From: Chlorokybus atmophyticus
Taxonomy: Eukaryota; Plantae; Mesostigma and Chlorokybus algae
NCBI GenBank assembly: GCA_009103225.1
Contig: RHPI01002504.1
Location: forward strand, 124,001-188,000
Direction: 5' to 3'
DNA: 64,000 nt
Below are positions 12,786 to 25,176 of this stretch, in pieces (position 1 is the stretch's first letter; the number at the start of each line of letters is the position of its first letter). Made by a program: the position numbers and the translations under genes. The notes beneath the pieces are model-generated. The model was not told the DNA's origin, did not search any database, and worked only from the letters and a program-made list of their open reading frames with translations.

Positions 12786-14162
12786 TCACCGCGCTGAATG
12801 GTGAAGCTTAAACCCGAAGATGCGGGGCACATATGACTGGGAGGGTTTGGGAGGCTTGAGATAAGAATATGTCATGAGGAACAGGTGGGGAAAGGTGGTG
12901 CCGAAATAGGCGCCGTCAATGTTGCCCTGATACTTGGACCGCGGGTAGTAGATGTCCTCGCATTTTGGGCAATAGATTTTCACCGTGGATGTGCGGGGGA
13001 TATCACTCTGGCCGACAGGCAGGCACGGCTGCCCACTGCAATACACCCGCGGGCAGCGCCCGAAGTCCACATTCTTGCACTTCTCCAACATGGTGCTCAT
13101 ACCACGCCCGGTAAGGATGTAACGCACGTGTATGAGACCATACAGCATCTCGGCCGCCGACTCCACCATCTCGTGCTGCTCTTCAGTAAGCATATCATCA
13201 TTGGGTGACTCCACATCAAGTATTAAGTCCAGAGCATAGTCGTAGTAAGGGACTTGGCTAGACAGCCCCGAGAGGTTGAAATCGTCCTGAATGTACTCCT
13301 CCTCAACCTCGCAGAAGAACTCGTTGCCCTTCAGCGAGCAGAACCACGCTATCCACGACGTGTCTTCCTCCTCGTCATCGGATGCGCCGCCGGCGGAGCC
13401 GTCTCCGCCATCCTCGGAGTCCTCCTTGTCGCTGGACTCGGAGTCTGAATCAACTGTGGCATCGGAAGGTGGAGCTGCTGCTGCTGCGGCGGCGGCAGCA
13501 AGGGCGGCTTCTGACTTTGCGCGCGGTCGCCCCGATGATGATGCGGCCGCCCCTCCCGAGCTGCGTGGTTTCGCCGTGCGTGTCGTCCCCGCCGCTTCCT
13601 CCTTGACCCCGTCCTCGACGCCTCGCAATCGCCCTGATTCCGCCTGCAAGCTCTGCCAATGAGAAGAGCAAAGGTGTGCACACACACCTTGCGCCACAAA
13701 TTGCGTCGCAATACACTGTCACTGTCCATACTACATACTCCCCGACACAATTGCTTTCCTGGACAACAAAGGCGTGTTCTACCATATTCTCGCTGTGTAC
13801 TTGACAATAGTCTTCTTCATGCAGCAATGTTCCTGACCACACGACCATAGCCCTGACCCCAAGCCCAAGTCCAACCAAAACAGGCGCAACTCTCAGCTGC
13901 ATGAAGTAGACCAGTAGAGACAATGACAACCCAACCCTGATGTGCATATATACGAATAAGGTCGTAGCAACGATGTTACAAGCAAAAGGTATGGGCACTT
14001 GGAGAAAGCATGTTTGGAGCATGGTGAGCGTTGGGCACTCTTCGTGCATTTCACACTGGATGTGCACAATACCACGCCCAGCTGCCAGGCGTAACTGAAA
14101 ACAACCCTTAGCAATACTAAATGCACGCAGCTTACCGCGGCGGCTGGCCGGTCCTTGTACAT
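12786..14162 (-). CDS. CKB: Casein kinase II regulatory (beta) subunit with plant-type N-terminal extension; 27-nt first exon 14162-14136, main exon from ~13652 to 12786
   Basis: [91 protein letters not shown]. Exon 1 MYKDRPAAA is followed by GTAAGC and is in phase with acceptor TTGGCAG. Confidence 0.95.
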
Positions 14163-15809
14163 GGCTTGCACTTCTATGACGCCTGCCTCGTCCACCGCCA
14201 CAGGCGGCGACGGAGCGCTCCCCTGCCGGCTGCTACCGCTCAGTGCAGCCAGCAGCGCCGCCCGCCCATCCCAACCCTGTACGCCGGCTCTCCATCAGGG
14301 TTTGATACACACATTCCCAGCACTGGTGCTGCTAGACAGCTAGGGTTTGCCAGCGCTGCCGGCACTAGAGAGCTGTGATATGCTGTCCATGACGCAGCTT
14401 GACCCACAGCTCACCAACGACGGCGACGACGACGACGACAACAACAACAAGCACATGCAGCTGAGAGCAACCCTTGATCACGGAGGGAGACTGAGACGGA
14501 CAGAGACAAAACCTCCTCCCACCCACCTCAACGGAAGGGAAGCAGCTGCTCCACGGCGCAGCTCCAGAATCAGCCAGCGGAAGTTAAGCCTCAACCACGC
14601 ACCTGGCCTGTAACTCCTTGCCAACAGAGGCGGCGGCGGCGGCGGCGGCGGCGGCGGTTAAGGCGCCAGCAGTTCCCGCGCTGTGAATGAACGTGTGTCC
14701 CACTGTGTGACACACGCGCACTTATGATGTGGGTGGGTGTTGGTGTGTATCAGGGTGTGTGTTGGTGTGTATCACAGCGTTGGCGACGGTCGGTTATTCC
14801 CGCCATCAGAATGGTCCATCGTACCATTTGCAAAAGGTCGTGTATCGCGATCTGCCTAAACAACATATTGTCAGAAACACCGAGGTATGTCAATGACATC
14901 ATGTCATACCTTGATAATGATACATGACAGACCAATGTGTGTCATGTAATATTATATTATACCAAAAATACATTATGTTAAAATATATGTATATAGCATA
15001 AGTCATGTTAAACACATACATAGTATTGCCATACAAGTGAAGGTATAGCAGTGGTCGCACCAAATTTAAATTTTCTCTGCATATCGTTTTGCGTACAGCC
15101 GCATGTGAATGCACCTCAGTGATGACATTGTGATGTAGATCATTTCTCATAAGCAATACGGATTGTGAAAGTTGAGCCATCTATAAGCTGTTGTATCACA
15201 GTGCATTTGCAATATATTCGAATCAACTATAATAATTCAGGTGATATAATCGAATACGATGCTTGCAGATCTATTATAATAGCTTTAATTTTGCATAATC
15301 GTGTATAAACTTGCACACATCACCCTTAGCATGTTACCTTCCCAATATTTGCAAAGTGTTTAAGTAGAGAATGCATGCTTAATAGTTGTTTAATTTATGA
15401 CGCAAATTGCAGCGCTTCAAGCATTTCCACACCTTCCACAACGTCATGCTAGCAGCACCAAATTAACTTGCTTCACCTTGTAGAGTTTTTATAGAGTTTA
15501 CGTCATGAACAACATAATTTAGCACACATATTGTGTAGCATTGTTTGTACTTAATCTGCTTAACATCAAACCATAGTATTCATTATTATGAGCAAAACAT
15601 GCAGCATGTACAACGTACTCATTATCGTCAATATTGCGTTGCCTACTACCGACGCAACTAGTGATGCACCTAGTGTGTGTGTATGTGCCTCTCACATACA
15701 AGTGTGCACACACTAAGGATAAGTGCAGCAAGCACACCAACTATAGAGACAATGTGCGACCCATTGTATTAAGCAGTATACAGTGGCATATATACTATGC
15801 TACTAAGCA

Positions 15810-16115
15810 CTAGTCAACTCTAGTCATCTCTAGTCAAAGTCAACACTAGTCAACACTGGTCAATAGTCAAAGTCAACGGTCAGAGTCAAAGTTGACCATG
15901 GTTGACCATAACTGTCGTAACTCCTGTAACTCTCGTAACTCCCGTAACTATGAAGGTTAAGCTGATCATACCAACTACATGTAGGCGCCGCCTATACATG
16001 TACATTCAACAACATATAACCTTTAACATCAGGCAGGGTTGTATACGCATTCGCGGCGGGGGAAGTCATCGGAATAACGCTTTGACCTGGTGACATTCGA
16101 GTTTGACTATGACTT
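15810..16115. repeat. Short-motif array (AGTCAA, GTAACT, with inverted TTGAC copies), possibly a MITE-like relic
   Basis: Repeated CTAGTCAA/AGTCAA at 15810-15890, TTGACC at ~15892 and ~15902, four GTAACT units at ~15917-15949, and TTTGAC at ~16081 and ~16102. Confidence 0.5.
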
Positions 16116-16976
16116 CCTAACGTCACCGTCACTATAACAGCTTGTGGTCAACGCTCAGGGTTGGCGGTGTGAGCAATGGATCAGCGAAGCGGCGCAAGTA
16201 CGGGGACCACCTATCAACGGACACCAACTACCGCTAATGGAGGTACATGGCTACCAAGAAGACTTTTGACACGTGCTACGCTTGTGCGCACATAGTAACG
16301 GTGCCAGGAACGGAGCAGCGGCGCCCAAAGGGTGCGTGCGGCTGCCGCCGGCAATTGGCATGTGCCTTGCAACGAGCGCAAGCGATGGACATGATCGTCA
16401 TGGAGCATGGAGCACCGACAGTGGCGGCAATAGCGGCTGTAGGGCCCGGGGCACAAGGACGCGTGACCACATAGGCGGATGCAACTCGCAGTAGTAATCT
16501 AATGGTCACATGTATAAGAGATGGAATGCTAGAATGTTTACAGGGTGCGGGAGTACTCATGCTAGTGTTTGCAGCAGACCAAAAGACTGTTGTGTGCGTA
16601 CAAGAGATGGCGCTATCAGTACTTTTCCATGGTATGCTGAAATGAGCAAGTGTAGGTTGATGATGTTGTCTATGCTGAGTGTCCTCGATAGGAAGCGTTT
16701 CAAAGGGACACCATGTTACATGCGTGTATAGCAGTAAGAGATACACGTACAAATTGCAACAGAAGGAGAGTGGGCGGCGGAGACAGAGGGAGAGAGAGGA
16801 GGGTGAGTCCGTCTGCTGTCTGCTGCCACCATTGCGACATGGCCAATAGCTGACTGTGTGAAACGCCTTGTGTACAGGTAATGGTGTATGCATGTTGACT
16901 AACGGGGCAAGAGCAATAGCGAAGCTACCTAGGTTGTATAGGCAGCCCGGTGGTGAAATAAGTTGCTGACATGTTA

Positions 16977-17056
16977 GACTGTGCTTGTACTTGCGTATGT
17001 CACATGGGCCGTGCAATGGTGAGTCACATGTACAGCATTGCATATATTCTACACAG
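16977..17056 (-). repeat. Dispersed ~80-bp repeat, copy 1 (inverted relative to 36172-36251)
   Basis: The reverse complement CTGTGTAGAATATATGCAATGCTGTACATGTGACTCACCATTGCACGGCCCATGTGACATAC... aligns to 36172-36251 at roughly 88-90% by eye. Confidence 0.8.
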
Positions 17057-17216
17057 CAGCATACCCCTTTGTAAACAATGTCGACCCTGACATCAGCTCA
17101 ACATGCGCTCAGTGCAAACACTGGCGGGCCTTTTTAAGAAGCTGCCAATATAGGCTCGGCATTAATCATACATAGCTACTAAGTAAGCACAGTTACGACG
17201 GAAGCAACACATGCGT

Positions 17217-20200
17217 CTAGCTTGAGCTCTGCGGCGCGGCAGAATACTCCACAGACAGTGTGTTGTCAAGAGGTGACGCGCCACTAAGCTTGATGCGACA
17301 CTTGTTGTTCAATTGGTACAAAAGAGACCACTGGGTCGACATCAGCCCAGACTCCTGAAGCTTTCGCGACACCGAAGCATGCAGGCGATCACCAAACTGA
17401 ACTTCAATATCAGTTCCTAATGACAGCTGGCTCAGACCTTGCAGACCGTCCGTCGTAGATATCGGGTCTGAAAGCAGGTTGGGAATGGAAGGCGCCGACA
17501 CAAGCCGCCAGCGCGCCTGCCCAAGTTGCCCCTGAGTCTCAATTTTGGGCAGGAGCGCTTTAATGGTTGATGTCGCCAGCGAGCTGAACGCCAGCTGGCC
17601 ATCTGCTGCCAGTAAAGACTCCTGAAGTTGGCTCTCGAGAAAGCGAGCCACCTCTGATGTCTGCAGAGCTTCACCGCTGCCAGAGAGATCCGTCAGCACC
17701 ACGTGGTCGGGCCACGTGCTGGCGCGGCCCTCAATGCGCATGCGCACGTCCGAGCCGATCAGCTGGACATCCAGGACGGGATCCAGGCCCTGTTCCGGGA
17801 CGAATATGGCCCTGTTCGGGTGATCCCTTTGCAAGCGCATCTGTGCCGCCACCAGATTGACATCACCGCTGTCAAACCTGATGACACCGCTGGGTCGTAT
17901 GTTCACGGGATCCAGAGCACCAGCCAACTGAAGTTGGCCTTCAGCAGCAAAATTGACTACAAATGGATACATGACTCGCATCTTTGGACCCAGCACAAGC
18001 CTCAGATCCTTCAGAACTATTGGCACTGCAGGCGGCTGCTGTTCTTCTACCCGTGGGGTGTTCTTGAGCACTAGTAGACCGGACGACTCAGCAGCAGTTC
18101 CTGTACTGGTTGCCTCCTGAAAGAGGAATGTAACCACAGACATCAGCCCAGTGCTGACTCACACAGTGCATGCCGCTGCAGCTGATGCGTACCTGCTCTG
18201 TTGTCGCAGGGCGATCGTTGGCAGATAGAAAAGCTACGCCACGACTGAGGCGGATCTTCCCGCCTACCTCTGGCTTTGCCAATGCACCCGTTACTGTGAC
18301 AGTCGAATCGATGTGACCACTGTGACAGCGCAATATCAGTACAGTGTAACAGCAGCTACGTCATGATCACATCATGACCCGAACCTGTAGGCATTCTTCA
18401 CTCGCACTTCCACCCTGTTCAAGTTGACACTGATGCCCTTGCTTGCATCCTTCTTGAACAATGGCAAGTCACCCTTGACGGATATTCGCCCATGATGACC
18501 CGTCTTGACATCCTGATCAGGGCGCCCCAATGAGGCAAACGGTGTAATGGAAAACGCTGATTCCTATCTAACTGCACAATGAGGTGATACCTACCAGGCT
18601 TTCAATGCGCAGCTTGTTCTGTACAAGCTGGATGGCGGCATTAACATTGACCAACGGTTTTGGAAATATGTCAGAAACAATGCCTGCACGCGTTATAACT
18701 GCAGAACCATCAACAACAGGCTTCTGCAATGTTCCCCGCACTTTCATGTTGATATCGGCACCTCCTTGTTGCCACTGTCACAATGCACCCATGGTCAGGC
18801 ATGATGTTTTGGACGCAGACGGCGATACAAGCGCCTATGTTGAACTGACCTGTACATTAGGAGCAATGGCTCCTATCAACGCCATTCCACTGTCCTTGAC
18901 TGATGCATCAATGCTGATTGCACTTGCGGCTGGTTTTGCGCTGCCATATGATGACAGTATTCCGGTATCCCGTGGTAACGGTAAGTTCCCATTGAATTTG
19001 ACATGGCCGCCTTGAGTCAAGGCTGGCACCAGTTGCCCGTCAAAGGACAGCACTCCCGATGGTGCCAGTGTGGCGTTGGCTTGAGCAAACTGCAGACACA
19101 GCAACCGCTCAGATGACCACACAGGCCCTCAGACCCTGAAACACCCATTTCCATGGCCGAAGACAGCACCTGGAGAGGGATGGCGTTGATGACACCGTCA
19201 AGGACGCGTACATCCACAGTGCACTGTGGGCTCTGCACAGAGCCTCCCAAATGACCCTTCACAAACAGTGCGCCCGAGACCTCTGGTAAGGACTGTGCCG
19301 ACATGGCTGTAGAGTCCAACGAAGTGTTGAACTGCTGCAGCATAGCTGGAGGCAGCACTTGCCTCGCTTTTTGTGGCACAGAAGCCAAGACCTGTTCATG
19401 GTATGTAAGTTGGTTATTCAATCAGATCACAGCGGGTTTGTTGCTTGAGAGGATGCGTACCTGTCGCCCAAAGCGCAAAGGGAAGTCCATCACGGCAAAA
19501 TTGGCATCTTGCTTGGGACCGAGCAGATTGCCTTCCATTGTGATGCTAGCCTCATCGACATCAAGGCGAAACTTTTTGAGCTCAAGTCCACTGTGAGTTG
19601 TGTATCGTCCGTCTGCTAGCAGATCTTGGAGACGGTGACTGCCCCATTCCCAATCACGACCTCGCACCAAAAAAACAAACTTATCTCCAAGCCCGCCACC
19701 ACCTGACACCTCCACAGCACCTTGCCATTTTCCGCGCAAGTCCTGCAAGCCAGGTAGAACCGCTGTTGCACCGACTTTGGCGCTGTCCTCGCTTCCACCC
19801 TCCAACACGTCCAGAATAGCGCCTTCTGACTTAATCTGTTCTCTTGTCTGGCTGATCTGATCCGATAAGGAAGGGCCGACAACACCCATACTGCGGATGC
19901 CCTCCAGAAAGACCTCCTTGGATCGCGTGGCTTGTGCTGCGTTGTCACTGCTGGTAGAGAGCAGCGATACCAATGGCAGCATCTCTGCCACCTCAGCTTC
20001 AGGTACTGCCAACCGCATCTTCCAAATTGCTTGATCTGTGGTTGCTCCTGCCGGCAGCGTGTACTCCCCTGTCAGCTCATACTGGCTCTCCTGCTGGAAA
20101 AGTACTTGCTGAACAGTGACAGTATCACCACTCCACTTAAAACCCGTCTGCATTTCAGTCCCCTGCAGCCCACTGAAGCGCGGGCGCAGGACGGTGATAT

Positions 20201-23200
20201 TGCCATCGCCAGTCTGCCGCATGTAGTCCAATTCAACGGTTGCCTGTTCTATCATTCCGCGCAAGGCCCCGAGTTCCAGCTCGTTTAGCGGGAGGCTGTT
20301 GAGGCTGACCTGTTGAGAACATACGTGTCACACACGCAATACAAAAGGTAAACAAATGCAGAGAAACCAGCGTTTAGCACAAGAACAAACATACCTGTGT
20401 GCCACGTGAGCTGTGTTTGACATCGGTCCTCATCTGGCCCTTGCGCAAGGAGAACGACCCGCTCTTGCCAATGATGGGGTCCACACCAGTCAGACGGCTC
20501 TGTGCGCTTCTTGCTGCAAGAGCCATGATACAGACCTTGAGGATGATGCTAACAAACCGATGTGCTGAAAGTCCATGACCAACATACCTATGGGCTGTTC
20601 ACCAGCATCCATCAGATCCAACAGCAAATGCTCATCAGGACGGCCTCTTGCAGTCAACTTTACTCGATCCTGAATACACAGCAGCAATACAGTAAGAGCA
20701 AAACACCAGACATGCTACAGTGGGGACTCTCCGCACAAGGCACGGTTGACAACCCAGCACAGCAGATCAGTCAGTCAGTTAATCTTCCTTACCGGGGCTA
20801 TGGAGAGCGTTCCTGACAGCTCAGGGGCAATGCTCAGCTGGTTGATCTTGACACCAGACAAGCTAAGCTTTCCTTGCAAAGCTGTGTTAAGGGACAAACG
20901 CTTCTTGGTAGGGGTTGGTGGCACAGGTAGAAGCGCCATGGACTCAGCTATGTAAGGAGATCCTGGAACTCCACGTTTCTCAGCCAATGGTGAACCTGAA
21001 ACGCATCGGCAATGAGCACCTGACCAAGTTTGAACCTGTGGCTGAACATGAGTACGTACAGTTCGTACACTCAACTCCCCGTGACCTACTGTCTCCACAA
21101 GAGTCTATACTCACCACCAGTCAGGAAGTCCAAAGTTGGCACACTCCCTGTAAATGTAGCGCGACCGCTTAGCTTTAGTTTCACCGCTTGCATGTCGGGT
21201 AGAAGCTGCCAAAGCACTGGCGTTAGGCCCACGTTGTCATGGCAGATGCAGTCTGCCCAATGAAGAATTCGAGATGCGCACCTGAGGTGGAGATGACATG
21301 GCCAAAGGCAAAACGTCAAAGTCGTTGAACCTGACATCCAGATCACAGGCCTCAATCTTTGGGCGGCGATTGAGAAGAATTGCGCGGGCCTGATCACCCC
21401 TCATGCGCAGCACTGCCGGGTCCAAAGGAGGGAAGGATGTGTGAAGAGTCCCTTTTAGATCGAAGGATGAGGCTTTAGAGGTGACGCCCAGGGCCTCCGG
21501 CGTGATGTTGATATGACCGCGAGCTCCATTGAGGGGCCCTTCAGCATTTGGAGCTTGCCATGCGACGTCAATGGTAGGTTTCAACAGATACCCTGTCATA
21601 CTAACATCAGCCAGTGTTCGTCCCAACAGATCTGGAGGCAGCTCTATCTGTGGTGACACGTATCGCCTCAGTATAGCATCTGTCGCAAGATCGCGTCCTC
21701 GTATCAAGACATTCACAGCATTTGGGTCCTTCTCTGCCTACAGAAACAGATAGGATGTTGGGCTCCAATTCATGCAAGCCAACTTGCTGGCGGCAGGATG
21801 AGGTGCATACCTTTGGACCGACATGCATGGTTCCTGAGCCTGCCAAAGTCCCACCTCCAACAAGATTGGCCTCGACAGAATGTAGCAACATCATCTGCAG
21901 GCATCAGCATGCCACGTTCAGCAAGGCTGTAACAGCTCGACCACTGAATTTATGCATCCTCCCAGCAAGTGACTGCATACATCTGTTTTCGTGTTGAGAG
22001 TGTAGACTGCTCCTGCCGATGTGAATGGAACTCGGTCATAAGTGAGAACTGAGCCCAGTGTAGCACCCAGGAGTTGAGATGCATAGCTGATGGGAGCTTG
22101 AGGGCCAGACTTTGGTGACTCTGCGCAAGCAGCTGCTGTGCCAGTAAACTTTGGTTTCTCAACGGGCCCTGTAACCTGGACAACTCCCTTTACGTGACCT
22201 GCAACCTGAGAAATTGCCACACAATGCGCTTAGCGATAAGAACTAAGAGATTGCAGTAGCAACGAGCAGATTGTTTGCTGAAGAGTTGCACATTGTACCG
22301 GATATGGTGGTGGAAGTACACCGAAGGTGTCCATGAGGGCGTTCACTTCAACTGGATCAGCCTGTGCAAAGTAACGTTAGGCCACACTCAGCTCGGTTGT
22401 GCACACTGCTGAGGCTATTGAGGAAACCAGTACATTACCATGCCGACAATGCGGTACTCGCCAGTCTTGGGTGTAAGGTCCATGTCACCACTGCCTGTCA
22501 GGTTGACCGCACCGTACTTGCCTGCAGCGTATATGAAGTGCATCTTGCTTCCTTGGAACAGTAGTTCCAGGTCCATATCCTACAAGAAGAAACCCTGTGT
22601 AAGTGGACCATATGTCAGCGAAGGCAACCACGACTGCCAAGCGCTCTGCGAGTGCTGAAGCTGAATACCGTGAAGCTGGAAGGGGACTCATCGATGTGGA
22701 ATGCAACACCCTGCAGCCATAACCGGCCTCCATATGCTGGGCAAGTGTCTCCTTTGCCGCCGCTCAATAACAGCTGCAGACACAACCAAAGCAGAAAAAA
22801 GCTGACCGCAATATGCCAAATGTTTGGGTACTTGACAAGCGCACTGTGTGTCTGATGTACCTTCCCACTCACGCGGCCATCCGTCACGTCAAATGGGAGA
22901 TCAACAATTCGCTCCGCCAACTGCCATTGCAACGAATTAATGTCACATGCGGCCTGTGCAGACATAGCCAGGAGAGCCTTCACATATGCATGCCACATAC
23001 CGGAGTGTGAAAGTTGTCAAACTGGATGTTGGTCGTCCAGCGCTCTGCAAATGGTTGCGCATCACACACCACGCGGATGTCACCACCATCCATACTCCTG
23101 ATCAGTGCAACCTCCTGTCCTACATTGCGACTGATGGCCCGCCCAGCAACATCCACATAGTAATGGTCAAATCTCCTTGACATTCGTACAAAACCATTTA

Positions 23201-24916
23201 CATGTCGCAGCCGTCTGCGCAATCACTGATAAGCAAGTGAACTTTGACATATTCATACACTACTTGCAACTTCCGGCTCACCTTGGAATGGGGTCATGAT
23301 GGGCAACAATATCCAGCACAGAATCAGTAATGGTGACTTTCTGCACTGTAACAGGAGGCTCAAATGGCTTGCCCGAGGTGGACGTGCTGGGAGCAAGAGC
23401 TGGCGCTGGAGGGTATCCCATGGAAGGCGTGGCCTCTGGCACACCAACCCAACTAAAGTTGCTTGCCTGACGTGCCACAACATGGGCCTCATTCAACTCG
23501 GCACCGAAAGTGAGACAGCCGCGCTGTAAAGAGGCGATAGGCAGCAGTTGCAGCTTGACATTCTGCGCTCGCACGCTGGTGAACTCCTCTCGACCAGGCC
23601 CGAGCGACGTCTCTCCAAGGTGGATGCTCCACGGGGTCAACCCTTTCACCGGCCCCAGTGACAGCTTTCGTGCCAAAGCATGTGTCACGCCTTGCTCAAG
23701 CCGTGGCAGCACTTGCGTCTCGACACATGCTATCGCACCTGCAAAGGACATGGATGGTTGATGCATTGTGATCACCCTATGTCAATGGCAAGCAGGGGCC
23801 AATTGAGTGTGCCATACCTCATACCTGATCGTATGGGGCCTATTAATAGAAGGAACCCAAAAGCCAATGCTGCCAATGCCGCAGTGGCCTTGGCTGGTCG
23901 GCGTACACGCGGTCTACCAAGTTGTTCTGTCACCAGTGCCAGCAAGCCCGCCACACGCAGCTGGACCTCCCTAACAGCCCATGCGAATGAATCCACAAAC
24001 CGCTGCCAGACGCCATCTTCCTTGTCTTCATGGTCGCTTGGAAGTGCTCGTTTTCTTATCGCACGGCAGCACGACGTGCGGGGCGGAAGCCATGCCAGCT
24101 GTTGTTGGCCACTGAAGGCTGTGGAGTTCCTGAGCGTAAGAGGACAACCCGCAAACTGGCTCCGGTGAAGGCGGGTGTGCAGGCATTTGGCATATACGGG
24201 TTGACGACGCAGCGCTGGTAAGGCGCCATGATAAGACCATGTGCCTGATCAAAGGTACAGCTGAGGGTATACCAACGCCACATCAACCATGCGCAGGCTT
24301 GCAAATCACTGAACCATTGCGGGTTGGTTGGGTGACATGCGGAGTGCTACTAATCGCGCCAGTACAACACCTTACACGACTACAGTCATTGTCATGCGAC
24401 TGCCATAGGGCAACACAGATTCAAAAACGCTGTACACGCATGCCAATATGGCTTTTTACCACACAGAACACTTGGTGGCAGCCAGTGGCGGCTACCCACC
24501 GTCCTTATAGGCAATATCACTGTGCTGATATTCGCTACGTTATACATGTCCAGCAGTAACTAACCTGCAGCATAGCGGACATGAAGCTGCTTCCTCGCAG
24601 ACACAACATATGCAAGTGCAATGCAGGTTACATCGCACGGCAACAGGCAATGAGTGCAACTCGATGGCAAATGCACACTTGTCACTATCACGCATGGTAT
24701 TAAAAATCAATAAACTACGATAACCGTCGCCCAAAAGTACTCAAACTGCCACCCAAGTTGAGGTTTGCGCAAACATACGTGCAATTCTGGCCCCTCACCG
24801 CTGGAATGCAAAGCTCGAGCACTCCTGCGTGCTTGATCAGCCCGCAGAGCTAAGCCTACACCACCACCGCCGCCCCTGCCAGGTGGCTGCGGGCGGTGGA
24901 CAAAGACATGGTCCAT
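17217..24916 (-). CDS. TIC236: Plastid envelope TamB-family bridging protein TIC236, multi-exon; 5' exon tentative
   Basis: The C-terminal exon has DVNLVAAQMRLQRDHPNRAIFVPEQGLDPVLD...GQARWRLVSAP...LGTDIEVQFGDRL.ASV.RK...QWSLLYQL...VEYSA, matching the plant TIC236/TamB C-terminus. Near the N-terminus there is a hydrophobic anchor (AALAALAFGFLLL) and an AsmA-like beta-rich body. Ends in TAG at 17217. Confidence 0.88.
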
Positions 24917-25025
24917 CACCCCCACGGCATCGCTCCGCCCGCCGGCCCTCCGCCCAGCCTGCCTTGGCCTGGCCTGGCCTAACCTGCAAGTCGAAAGCCC
25001 ATTTTTTGAAATTTTTGTTTCGTTT

Positions 25026-25033
25026 TAGGGTTT
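25026..25033 (-). promoter_or_regulatory. Telo-box (AAACCCTA) in the TIC236/PWP1 bidirectional promoter
   Basis: TTTTAGGGTTT lies ~145 bp upstream of the PWP1 ATG. Plant telo-boxes are known upstream of ribosome-biogenesis genes. Confidence 0.55.
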
Positions 25034-25176
25034 CGAACACGCTTACAACAACGGCTGCTGTAACGCTGTTGTTTTTCGCTTGTACAGTGTGCAACAACGC
25101 TTAGCACTATATTGCCAACAACGCCGACACTTGGTGAGGCGGCGGCGGCGGCGGCGGCGGCGGCCAGGTGGGCGGC

